Below, piece after piece: positions 24,178 through 36,810 of a stretch of 64,000 bases of DNA; position 1 is the first letter of the stretch, and each line of letters opens with the position of its first letter. The DNA is taken from contig NW_003314265.1 in the NCBI RefSeq assembly GCF_000143415.4, forward strand, positions 16,850 through 80,849, read 5' to 3'. A model generated the notes under the pieces. The model had not been told where the DNA came from. It saw only the letters and a list, made by a program, of their open reading frames with translations, and searched no databases. The position numbers and the translations under genes were made by a program. The stretch is from Selaginella moellendorffii. Its lineage: Eukaryota > Plantae > Lycopodiophyta.

Positions 24178-26541
24178 TCAGTTACCATTTGCTGAAGTGG
24201 TGATTATGTTCTCCACGACTTCAGGAACACTTCGGAGTCTCGCTGGAGATCCGTTCTCGGCCGGCATCGATGAAACTAGCTTCCGGAGACCGTTGTTACT
24301 GGCTTTCGTGTCAGTGATTGCGGATGGATAGCAGCGACTGAAACACGCGACACAGTATGGAGAAGCTACCTGAGTAGAGAGTTGTTAGTGTTGGATCATC
24401 TTATCGGTTGGTTGGCCCGCTTACCTCCAAGTACGCACGGCACGAGGACATGAAGAGATTCGCTTCGCTGTCCTTGAGAATCCGCGTCGAGGAGTAGCGC
24501 AGCAGGGAATCCGAGACACTGCACAGTGCTTTCTGGAACTCGAGCGCTAGCCTGTTTGACAAGCTCACAGGAGCACACAGCCTTAGTTCGTTAAGAGCTG
24601 CCAGAATGCCTGTGAAAACACGATTGTGAGCGGCTCACGAGAGGAAGTGGCACGTACCGTTGACAAACACGGCTAGAGGTGGATGTTCGATGAGAGACTG
24701 AGGAGGGGCGTTCTTGTCCTCGGAATCTCTGCTGGACAATCTAACTGAAGGCAAAGGAACCCAGCGGTGGGAATCGAGCATGTGCTGTAGACATAAAAGT
24801 TTATTCTTCCTCTCAACACTCGCTGAAGAAGAATTACCTGGAAGTTTTGCAACGCTATCGACAAGTTCCGCACAAATAAGTCATACACGCACCTGCAAAA
24901 GACAATCACCAATAAGAACTATCCCCCGGAAGAGCTCAAGATAACTTACGATTCAAAAATTGGTGGCAAAAGACCTCTAAAGTCGAGACCCACCCGGCCA
25001 AGACTCACCCCGCAGTACTGCCAAAAGCTCAAAACGTTGAAGCAAAGACTAGACATAGGATGCTCAACGTACCATGCACAAGTCTAAAATAAGAGCCAAG
25101 GATGCACCCTCGGTGACTTTGGGAAGCAACTCGCGCAGTGTGTCCAACAGGCAGGTTATGCGATGTGTTGCCCAGCTAAACAGGAGGCCACCATCCGAGG
25201 GCTCAGAAGTGTCATCTGAAAAAATAGCACGATATTGAGTGACAACATCGTGAATGTTCACACGATGGCACTCGGTCATGCTCTTCAAATACATGTAAGG
25301 ACTGCCTTGGTCCAAATCGTCGAGAAGGCCAGCAAGCCAGGCCTCCCTACATTTTAAAAACTGAAAGCATCAATTCAATAGGTGCTCACGAGCATTAAAA
25401 CTGGAAGGTAGCTTACTTGCAACCGCAGCTCAATGTCGTGGAAAACTCCCAGTCTACGTAGATATCCTATTATTCTGAGGCACTCCGGAACCTACAACAT
25501 TCAAAGCTCAACAAAGTATTCGACTGTTCCACGAAAACTACCTGAATATTGGACCGCAACCTCTGGAGGAGCTGTGCAAGAAGAGACTGCGTGTTTTGTC
25601 TCACATCCGCTACGAGAGACTGGATGACTGGTAGTCTATAAAGCAACTACAAAGATGAGACGAGAAAAAATACCGCAAACTAGATTGACGCACCTCATAT
25701 GCATGGTGGCGAGCTTTGCCACGAACGCCTCAAGATCAAGAGCCTCGTCATAGTTACCATTCCGCACACACCTGAAATCTGACTCAAACAAAAGTAAAGA
25801 CAGAGAAAATAAGCCCGCTAACGTAAGGTACTTACGTATCCATCAGCTGAGGGATCTCAAGTAAATCCAGCAGAGTACTATGGTTCGCAAGCAATGTCCT
25901 GTTAAGCTTGCGTTTCTCAAGAATTTGCTGAGCCGAATCCATGAATTCATTGCAGCCGGCGGTCAGCTTAGGAATCTCTGCAATCTAAGATACGAACAAG
26001 TTAACAAAAGAAAATCTAAGCGAAAAAATCAGGAGCACACAAACCATGCCGAGCGATAAAAATCTAGCACAAGAATCATCTCAGGCAATCGAAAACAACT
26101 GAACAAACCATCTCAAGAACACATCAGAAAAATCATCTCAGAGCTAAAATCATCGCAAACAATATAAGAACACACAAGCGAGTGAAACGAATCATCAAGC
26201 AAATCCAGATAAATGTACTTCACCAGGGATTCCACATGCTGATCGATACTAGCCACTTCCTTGGTGATGAACTGGAGCGATTCAGCCGCCGTGATGAATG
26301 CTCGATAATGCCCCACCGCGACCTCTTGCATCTGGCGAGAGATCCGCTCGGCATCGACCCGCAGGAGCTCCGGTTCCTACAATCGGTCCGATGGATCTAG
26401 AAATATTTCGTCAAGAACTAGATCTAGACTTACCTTGTGGAGGCGATCCAGCGGATAGGAGAGTAGATCCGAGACATAGGACTGCTGGAACACATTCTCC
26501 AGTCCTGGCGGAAGCGCCTGCTGGTCGGGCGCCATCGCCAT
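24178..26541 (-). CDS. COG8: Conserved oligomeric Golgi complex subunit 8 (Dor1 family); multi-exon
   Basis: [16 protein letters not shown]|[54 protein letters not shown], and [19 protein letters not shown]. Confidence 0.93.
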
Positions 26542-26612
26542 TCCTTCCCAGCAAAATAAAATAAAAGCTACTACCGCGATAGGGTTTGGTTTAGCTCATC
26601 TAGGGTTCTTCA
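26542..26612. promoter_or_regulatory. 71-bp bidirectional promoter region between COG8 and SRP72 with telo-box(es)
   Basis: Divergent ATGs at 26541 and 26613; TAGGGTTT at 26580-26587 and TAGGGTTC at 26601-26608. Confidence 0.6.
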
Positions 26613-28849
26613 ATGTGGAAGGGAGGAGGCGTCTCAGCTCCGCCGCAGCAGCCCGACGATGATGCGCTCCACGATCAGCTGGCGCAGCTGGAAGCGCTGC
26701 TCAAGAGCTCCAGGAAGAACTACAAGCAAATTCTCAAGATCGCCGAGCAAGGTGTGGAGTTTTTGCGAAGAGAATGCTAAATGCGATGTGTTTTTCGCTT
26801 GTGTAGTGCTGGCGGTGCATCCAGATGACCCGGATGCGCTGAATTGCAAAGTGGTTGCTCTGATCAACAGTGACAGCTTTGGCGATGCTTTGGCTGCGAT
26901 CGACTCGGCAGGATCGGTGGTGGATCTGAAATTTGAGAAGGTGAGGATTGAAACATTGTTCTTCTCCAGTCAAGCGTTTTTCATGACCTTTGTTTTTTCC
27001 TTTGTAGGCATATTGCTTGTACCGTCTTGGTCGCTTCGCGGAGGTCTTACAGATCTTACAAGGAGTGGAAAACAGCCCAGGTGTTCTCCAACTCAAAGCC
27101 CAGACTCTCTTCAAGACAGGTGATCTTAACGCCTGCGTTGAAACTTACGAGACCATTCACCGCGAGTTTAGCATCGAGTCGAGCGAAGTGAAGAGCAATG
27201 CCATTGCTGCCTATGTCTCTGGAGGAAGATCCAGGGAGGCTTTCGAGCGCATGCGATCGATGCAAGTCAATCCCAAAACTCTTTTCGAGCTGGCATATAA
27301 CGTCGCATGCGTTTTGATAGACCAAGGAGAGCTCTCGCAAGCCGAAGAGCATCTACTTCTGGCACGTAGACTCGGGCAGGAAATGCTGCTCGAGGACGAG
27401 TACAGCGAAGATGAGATTGAGGACGAGCTTGCTCCAGTAACAGCTCAACTGGCCTATGTGCTACAGGTAACCACACTCTAGTTTTCCATGCGGCTCGATT
27501 CTTATGACATTTTTGTCTCAGTTACAAGGACGTGCAACCGAGGCCACGGAGAGTTGCCTTGCAATCTTGAACAGAGATTTGAAGGAGAAGGACCTGCCAA
27601 CCTTGGCTGTCGTTTCGAACAATCTCGCAGCTATTCGCAAAAACAAGGATGCATCCGACTCCTTAAGGAAGCTCGAAGTTGTCCTGAAGAAGGATGCAGA
27701 TGGTAAACGTCTCCAGTTTCCCGAAGCCTTGGGACAGAAGATGTCCATCAATCAGAAAGAGGCTCTAGTCTATAATTACTTTCTACTGCTTCTCAGCACC
27801 AACAAACTTAACCAGGTGAGCTTTCCGATTATCTGCCGCTCTTTTTTTCTTAAACATTCTTGCTGTTCCAGGCGCGCGAACTTATACCATCACTCGTGGA
27901 AGAATACAGCGGCAGCAGCATGCCCGTTGTTCTCAAGGCCTGCTTGTCATTGAAAGAAGGAAAAATCGATCTTGCGGAAGAAGTTTTGGGGGAGTACGCA
28001 GAGAAAAACTCCGAAAGCACCGTTGAGCCGTTGCTCCTGTGTGCGCAAGCCAGGACCACTGCTGGACACTATCTGGAAGCTGCGGACGTCCTCCGGAAGG
28101 CCACAGATATCAGGCATATGCCAGCGATAGTGGCGACGGCAGTTGATCTCAAGGAACGCGGAGGCGACGTGCAAGGGGCCCAAACCATCCTGCTCGAGTC
28201 TGTGAAATGGTGGGAAGACAGTATGGAGGAGACGAGGGACGAGATAGTAGAGCTGCTGCTGCACGAGGCTGCGAAGCTAAAGCTGAAGACGAAGGACTTT
28301 GCAGGGGCGGCTGAGTTATATGAAAGGCTTGCAAAGAGCTCTTCTTCCAAGGCAGTCGGGCTGGAAGCCATCACGGGGCTCGTCTCCTGCTTTGCCGAGA
28401 CCGACGTGGCCAAAGGAGAGACTTTTGAGAAACAGCTCCCGGACGTAAAGGTGGTGGACGCAAGCAAGCTTGAAGAGAGCTCTGTGGTTCCGGGTGGCAG
28501 TAAAACGATTCAAGCGAACGTCGAGGAGAAACCAGCCGAGGAAAAGAAGAGGAAGAGGAAGAGAAAGCCTCGGTATCCGAAAGGCTACGATCCAGAGAAC
28601 CCGGGGCCGCCGCCGGATCCAGAGAGGTGGATGCCAATGCGGGAGCGGTCTTACTACAGGCCCAAGAAGAAGGACAAGCGCACTGCACAGCTGAGAGGGT
28701 CTCAAGGAGCGATTTCCAGGGACACTTCCTCTTCCTCGGCAGTAGCAGCAGGAGCAGCAGGAGCAGCAGCAGGATCGAATGGTCCCAGCACTTCCAAGCC
28801 TGCCGAGACAAGAGGTGGTGGCAAGAACAAGAAGAAAGGCCGGCGGTGA
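26613..28849 (+). CDS. SRP72: Signal recognition particle subunit SRP72; multi-exon
   Basis: CKVVALI..FEK|AYCLYRLG TPRs, FELAYNVAC, EIEDELAPVTAQLAYV, and the RNA-binding signature KRKRKPRYPKGYDP..PPDPERWMPMRERSYYR. Confidence 0.95.
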
Positions 28850-28952
28850 TGCTCTTCTCTCCGAGGTACTCGAAGCTTTCTTTTTGTTCTTCCAGATCAT
28901 GAGAAACATTTTTGTTAAAGCTCTTATGACAAGTTCTCCAAGTTCTTTGGTT

Positions 28953-31900
28953 TTACAAGACTTTAATGGACCAATCTTTGTCGATGGATACGTTTGGCAG
29001 CCTGACGGCCACAGCGTTGGATTTGAGCTTGGCTCGCAAGACCGGAGGCGCTGCCTCGATGTCGGCCTGCCTATCTTGGCCCCCCTCCTCCACAAGAGCT
29101 CGGTGTGCTGCCGGGACTTTCTTTGCATCCAGGCCCAGGATGATGATCCTCTCGACCGTGGAGAGAGTCTTGTAGCTCTTGCTGGCTGGTGAGGCCGAGG
29201 ACGAGGAGAGTTTGCCTCCCGAGAAGCTAAAGCGACGGTGGATGAAAGCTCCTTTCTCAAACTCGTAGCTCTTGCCGTCGTCGATGTAGAGCTCTCCTTG
29301 TGCTTCTTGAGTAGAGTTTAGCGCGATCACCTATAAAAGTTTGTGCTTCGTGAGATTCTCGTTCAAGCGATGGAAGTAAAAGAGGATGGCTTACCAAAGT
29401 GTATGGATCATCCACCATCTGGGATGAGCTGCGCCTAAACCTGTCCTTGCGAGGAATTATCGTTCCACCCCGCTGGAATGCAGGGATGGAGTCTTGTGAG
29501 ACAGCGAGCTTGTAAGTTTTGCCACCATTGAAACTTTGGCCGGTCTTTATGTCAAACCATGGCTCGGATCCTGGCAGATAGACCGTCTCCAAATTCGATC
29601 CCTGAAAACAGCAACGAAGTTGGAAAACATTTTATTTTCTTCTCAAGCAGAAGTTTACAACTTACTTCCGTGTACACGCTGCGGACGAGCAGTGCATCGC
29701 CGATAAGGAACTCGTCGTCCATTGCAAACGTCTCGGGATCGTTCGGATGCTCAAACCAAAGTGGTCGCATCACAGGAATGCCTGTTTCGTGCGCTTCCCG
29801 GAAAAGAGTGTAGTAGTAAGGGAGCAGTGCATAGCGTGTATGAATGGCTTCACGAATCCGAGACGTGTATGGCTCCCTGCACAACAAAAAAGCAGTTTTT
29901 CATAGCCTTCTTAGGAAAAGCTAGCAAAGAACTTCATACCCAGGAATCCATGGTTCTCTCCGCTTTGTGTCAAGGTGAGCATGAGCTCTAAAAAAGGGAT
30001 AAAACGCTCCTAGCTGATACCAGCGAGTCAGTAACTCCGAACTAGGATTCCCAAAGAATCCTCCAACATCCGCCCCTGGAAGAGCATTGTCAAGGATGTC
30101 TTTGATAGAAATGTATCATACCTGTGAACGCGATTCCAGTTATCCCGAGAGACAAAATCATAGGCACTGAAACTCTGAGCTGTTCCCAGTCTGCAGTGTT
30201 ATCACCAGTCCAAATGGGACCAATCTTCTGAGTTCCGGCAAAGACAGCTCTTGACAGAACAAATGGTCTTTGGCCTTCGCGATTCCGAAGGCCTTGCGTT
30301 GTGGCCATATGGAAATAGTAACCATAAGCATTGTGAACGTCACGGTGCTCAATGCCGTTATAGTGAAGGTTGTCTCGCGGCATGGAAACCTGGAAGCGAA
30401 CGTGAATCCCTGAAGAAAAAATCGAGCAAACGTACCTCCGGCCCATTAAACACGGATGGCTCGTTCATGTCATTCCAAATGTGAAGAATCGACGTTGAGC
30501 CAACGTAGTTCTTCAGCGTGAACTTCTCCGCCCACCAAGCACGAATCTCCGGATTCACCAAGTCGGGGTAGGACGATGAGCCCGGCCAGCACCAGCCATC
30601 GTAGTCGCTTCCATGCGAGTTTTTCACGTAGTAGCCTTTGGACGTAGCTTCTTTGTGGAGAGCAAAGCCTTCGTCCCTCTTGATGTGTGGATCCACTATC
30701 GCCACCATATGCCGACCTTTAGCCTCGAGCTTAGCTTGCATCTCCTTTGGAGTGGGAAAAGTGATCGGATCCCAAGTGAAGTAGCGCTTGCCATCGGTGT
30801 GCTCGATATCCAGCCAGATGACATCATACGGGATATCATACTCGTCAAACTTCGCATCAACCTGAGCAACATCAGCTTCGTCCTTGTAGTTCCAGCGGCA
30901 CTGATGATATCCGATGGAGAAAAATGGTGGCATCGCTGTTGTTCCAGTGACACCGGTGTACTGCTGCACCACGTCCTTGGGTCCAGGACCAACGAAAACG
31001 AAAGCGTCCACGATCCCAGCCTCCGCAAACCAATGAGTGTCGATGCCTTGCTTGGACTCCTCCCCGGCGGCACCGTCCCAGCCTGGTGATAAAACGTCGA
31101 TGAGCATCTCCGCCGCGTTGAGCCAGAAGAACCCCGAGGTCCTCTTGGAGCCGTGAGAGAGCATAAACGGGATGGATCCATACAACCCGAATGGCGACTC
31201 GGCGAGGTACTCGAACACGTCCAGGTTGAAGAGTCGATAAGGCTCCGAGTGTTCTTCCGTCCCTCTCGTCGGCTTCAAGGCCAAGCTCGTTGCTCGCTCT
31301 GGAATCCCGTAGACGTGCTCGGCACCGTGGAAAGAAACGTCGAAGCCGATGGATTGAGGTCCATATGGCCTCGAGTCAGTGTGGCTTCGGAAGTGTTCCT
31401 CCCAGTTCTCGCCTTCTTGCTTCTCCCGGCGCTGCTCGAAGTGAAACAAGCCTTTGCCGTTGACGGACACAAGCTTTTCCTGTCCTCTGGTGACATACAC
31501 CTGGAACGGCTCGTGTTGCAACACGACTTCATGACCGGAAGAAAGGTAGAACGTTGAGAGTCCATCTTTCGCTGTGATCCGCTGGAGCCACAGCCGCTTC
31601 TTCTCCAAACCGTCCACAAGAACGTCGGGGACTTCGAAACGCTTCTTGCCTCCGGGGACGTTCTCTTGGTCGACTTTGATCCGCAGCACACCACCTTGAT
31701 ACACCATGAGCTTGAGCACCAAGTTGTCTGACCCGGTGGAATTCTCGGGGATTAGCCGTGCTTGCACGAATCCATCCACAACTTCGGCGGGCGAGGCTCG
31801 GAATCCAGAGCTCCCGGGTTTGCGAGCGCGAGAGTCCTTGCAAAAGGGAGTCTGCTGGCACTTTCGAAACTCCTCGCTCTTAAAGCATGTCACCGTGTTG

Positions 31901-31953
31901 AGAGCAAGGAACACGAACACCACCGAGGCTGCGAATGCGAAGCTTCTTGCCAT
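28953..31953 (-). CDS. RSW3: ER glucosidase II alpha subunit (GH31); multi-exon
   Basis: Signal peptide, [42 protein letters not shown], catalytic [10 protein letters not shown] and WTGDNTADW. Gene symbol follows the Arabidopsis orthologue. Confidence 0.95.
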
Positions 31954-32489
31954 CTTTTACAAGCCTGCAAGGAAAACGTATGAAAAATGTAAGCCAAGAG
32001 CAAAGAAAAAACTAGAAAAACAATCTAAGATCAAAGAGAGACTCCCAGGAACAATTGCTTCCCATCAAGCCAGCGCTAAGAAAAATCTCCCAAGAACAGC
32101 CCCAGCAATGCAAAACTCCAGACACCAAAAAGCCATACCAGGATCGGCCAGGAGGAAGAATGCGCCGATTAAAAACCCTCTAAAACCCCTATGACCGAGC
32201 AAAATACTCACAGAGATCGATGGAGCACTCACAGCGGTGTTGCGCGATCAGGCCAGCATCCCTATCGATCGATCGCCGGCGTCGTCGCGTCCAGGGCTGG
32301 ATCGGGCGAGGAGAATATACCCTTTTACATAAAAGCATGGCCCTAGCCCTAAGCTATGGCGGATCTCTTTAGGTAGAGCGCGATCCAATTGAGCTTGTTC
32401 TTGGGAGAATTCGCGCGAGCATGGCCGGAGTCGATCTACATTCAAGACGAGAGGTATGATCCGATGAAATTAGCGGCGCTTCTAGATTC

Positions 32490-35400
32490 ATGGACAAGGC
32501 AAGGAAGAAGAAAGGGCAGGACAAGCGGGATGTGACGCAAAACAGGAAATCTAGAGGCCGAGAGGAAGACGATGGTGCCGCTGGCGCGCAGAGAAGCTCC
32601 GCGCCTGAGATCGCGAAATCGAGGCTATCCAGTTGCTTTTCCAGGTCTGGGGGTTCGTCTAAGCCCGACGCTGCCAGTCGCGGGATTGAAATTTCGGTGA
32701 ATAGCAGCAGTGGCAATTGCGCTGCTGCTCCTCCTGGAGAAGAAGATCTGCCACCTGGTTTTAGAGAGACGACTGCCAGTCCGGTTGGTGTCAATCCTGC
32801 TCAAAGTCTCTCCGGGGGTTTTACGAGGAGATTGACAGAAGAAGAAAAGGAGAAGTTTAGGAAGGAAAATAGGTGCTACACTTGTGGTGAAGAGGGACAT
32901 ACGTACTTTCGCTGCCCCAAAGGAGAGAAACGTTTGCATGCTATCCAGGCAGAGAAGAACGCAAGATCCAACTACAAAGTAAGCTTCCTCTCTGTTTTTT
33001 TTTTCCTTTCCTTTCTATCTTCTGTGTGGCTCACAAAGTTCTGTGTATTTCCTTTCTTCAGCTCTGGCGTGATCCTTATTGGTCCTATAAATCTCAAAGT
33101 GGAGAAATGCAGGGTCCTTTCTCGCTGCTGACGCTTGCTAGCAAGCTTCACGATGGTTACGTAAATGGATGGTGCGAGGTAAAATCCAACACTATTCTCT
33201 AAGCTGGCTAACTTCTTTCCTGTTGTTTATGAAGGTCATGCATGTGCATGTCCAAATCGCATGCTTTGCTCTCGGCAATCTTTTGGAACTAGCCGACCAG
33301 CAAGCTCTCGGAGATTTGATTCAAGCCAAGGTAGCCATGCAGGATTCGACACCGGACGATAATCCATCGTTGAGCCACGTCCAAACCAATCTGTATTTGG
33401 ATGTCGTCGATGAAATTGTCGATGATCTCGTGGACGCGTGCTTGAGTTCCAGGCGGAAGCGGGGAAGATCTTTACAAAACGACAGCTATCCAGCCACTGG
33501 ATCTGTCAAGGCTGAGGCCAGTGCTCCTGTGGCATCACATCCGGAACCAACAGCTCATAAACCAGATTGTGACAAGGTTAGCGTTCTATAGTACGACGTT
33601 TTATCTCGTCCAACATTTTATTGTTGCAGGAGCCAGTATTTGAGCAAGCACAAGAGGAAGTTCGGCAAACAACAAGAGCCGAGATCCTAACGCTGGAGAG
33701 TATACAAAAAAGGCTTCATACAACTGTTGTCGAGGCAGCTAAACGAACGATACTAGATGCTGCCGTCGGACAGTATTTAAATGGGTGGATCTTGCAGCAG
33801 GAGAGTCGGAAAAAATCCCAGATTGAGCAAGAAGCTCTTTGTCAGAAATTGGTTAGTTTTTTTCTTCGCAATTGGCAACTAACTGGAGTTTCTTTTCAGG
33901 ATGATGCACCTACTGAGTGCGATGTTGATAAAATGGCCTGTGATCAGCCCATACTTCCACGAAAGTCGCATAAGCAAGAAGACGGGAAGCGACGAAATAA
34001 AGCGACGAAGCGTGCACCAAGTACGGGCATCGAAGAAAATGGAGCAACCGTAAGAGAAGAAGCTGCAGATGAACGTGTTCCACGAAAACGCCTCAAGAAG
34101 CGGAAGGAGCTGGAACAAACTCCATCTGTGGAGAACAAGGAACAGGGAAAACTCCAAAATAGCGAAATGCAAGATGCTGTCGCCGCCGACTATCAGTCTC
34201 AGTCCTCGCTTCTTGAGACACATCCAGCGGCCGACATGTCAAATAAGGAAGAGGGGTCTCCAGAAGTGAACGTGGTGAAAGCTGGAAAGCAAGTGGTGAA
34301 GAAAAAACGTAAGTCACACAAGGATAACGACGGGGGACGACGAAAGAAATCGAAGAAGCGTGTGGCGTCGGGCGTGGTGGCGGGGGAAGATAGTGGAGCG
34401 GCTTTACGTGACGAAGTAGCCCTGGAACGTATTCCACGGAAACGTTTGAAGAAGCTGGAACAGGTTCTTGAATCGCATATGATGGAGAGAACCGAAAAGA
34501 AAGAAGAAAGTCCACAAGAGCATGGAGGAGAAATGCTAGCAGAGGAAACAATCGAACAGGATCACGAGGAAACAACAACTGAACAAGATCAGGAGAACAA
34601 GGTTCCGGAGCTTTTCTCTGATAAACCATCAAGCACAGTGATAGTCGTCGAGGAGGAGAAAGGACAAGACGAGACTGGAGAAGCAGCGCCGCTGATCGAA
34701 CTCGATGAAGACACTTTTCAGCGTAAAGTTTTGGAGGCTGCTGAACTTAGTGCGAAGTACAGAGATCTGGACATGACGATCAGCGTAGAGGGTGATGCAA
34801 AAAAAGCAGATCCTTTGGCTTCAGTAAGCTGTGCGAGGTGCTACGGGCTGAGCGGATGGCAATGGCGGGAATGGCCTGGTAAGGCAAGACATCCTACCAA
34901 AACAGCTGCTGTTCAACAACATCATCATCCACAACCACAACAGCTCCGCCACCATCAACATGAGAATAGAAAGACAGCAGCATCCTCTCAAGTCCAACGG
35001 AGCAGAAGAAACAGAGTGGAAAACCGATTGCTGGGAACACATTTTAAGGTGCATTACTGGTTTTCGAGACGTATGCTAAAGCTTGTTCTCTTCTCTTCAT
35101 GCAGGCCCGCACGAAGAGTTTGAAGTTTCAGCGCAGCAAGATACATTCCTGGGGCGTCATTGCGCTTCAGTCTATAGAGCCTGAAGATTTTGTCATCGAG
35201 TACATTGGCGAGCTGGTTCGTTCGAAAGTGAGTATGATCTTTGCTTGTTTGGAGGCGAACTACTGCCGATGATTCTTTAGGTGGCGGACTTGCGTGAGCG
35301 TCGATACGAAAAGATGGGAATCGATAGCAGTTACTTGTTTAGAGTAGACGCGGAGAACGTCGTAAGTGTCACAGTTCTGTGTTTTCTTCTGACGCATTTT

Positions 35401-35751
35401 TTCCGTTAGGTGGATGCGACCAAACACGGGGGCCTCGCGAGATTTATCAATCACTCTTGTGACGCACGTATCCTCGTTGCCAATTTGTCTGTCCTAACAC
35501 CTTCCTTTTTCTCTTCCAGCCGAATTGCTACACGAAGATTCTAACTGTCGAAGGACAGAAGAGAATTTTCATTTATTCCAAGAAGCATATTAAGGTTGGA
35601 GAGGAGCTCACGTACGACTACAAGTTCCCGTTCGAGGAACAAAAGATTCCATGCCTTTGTGGCGCTGAAAGGTAAGAGCAGCACTCTCAAAGTTTGGCTC
35701 TCTCTCTCAGCTTTGGGCTGTGTTTGCAGGTGTCGGCTTTATCTTAACTAA
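32490..35751 (+). CDS. ATXR7: SET1-type histone H3K4 methyltransferase, ATXR7/SDG25-like; multi-exon
   Basis: GYF-like [26 protein letters not shown] motifs [50 protein letters not shown], and post-SET CLCGAERCRLYLN*. Also an N-terminal CCHC knuckle. Confidence 0.88.
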
Positions 35752-36514
35752 GCGCTCCCGTGCTTGTCTGGCGATAGCTTGTTCTATTGCAGCTCCAGAC
35801 TCCTCAGGTACATGGATTAAAGGATTTGCCAAAACATCTAGGCTTGTAAGCTGGATTTATTTTCATATATTAAAAAGCCCAGAGTTTTGCGGTGATGAAA
35901 AGCTTTCGCGTTTTGTGTTTTTGCAGAGTCTGGAAGTGCGGCCCCAAAAAGTCGTTCCAAAGGACCGATTTGGTACGGCTGAAATTCTCGTTGTCTGCCT
36001 CACTCTAATTTTTATCAATCAGGTTCCAGGCGTAAAACAGAAAAGCATCCATCTCCTTTAGAGGCGCTTGTTTTATATATGGATGTAAGTTCGTTCCTTC
36101 AGTTTGATAATATCTCTAACACATTGCAATTCCAGAAAAGTTCCATGTTGAAGAACATTCGAAAGGCCTGAAAATTCTATTTTATTTCCCCATTAGCAAT
36201 TGCTTACAAAATTAATAATGCCAAAGCTTTTATTACTAGAAGCTTTTTTATTGCAAAGCTTTAGAGAAAATTTAATATAATAAACCTCTAAACTCTTCAT
36301 GTAAAAGAGTGATAAGATGTTAAGATGACTCACACTATAGTTATAACTATAAAACAATAATAAAACTTATGAATATATAAATATATATTCACAAGTTTTA
36401 AAGCATTAAATACCTCCTAATAGAAGAACTTTTAAAATAATAGGTTAAATGTAAGCAATAAAAATATATATAAATATAAAAAAATATATAAAATAAATTG
36501 TTACACCTAGCAAC

Positions 36515-36810
36515 ACTTGGTTTGCCTAATAGTAGTGTTATTTTTACTTGTTCATCCAATTGATCAAATAAATTTTATAATTATAAGCATGTTTCTAATT
36601 TATAAATACAAGATTAATCTTATTGCATATCAACCATTAGATGATAGAATAAAAAAAAATACTAGAAAGAGTTTAAGAAAGTTTATAAATTATAAACATG
36701 TTTATAAAGTATAAATACAAGATTAATCTAAATGAATAACAACTGTTAGATGGTAGAATATCTTAGAATATCCAAGTATATTCTAGGTATATCCATTATC
36801 ATCCCAGCAC
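36515..36810 (+). repeat. Copy 1 of a ~300-bp AT-rich direct repeat
   Basis: ttggtttgcctaatagtag...acaagattaatcttattgcatatcaacca...atcccagc recurs at ~38520-38806. Confidence 0.8.
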
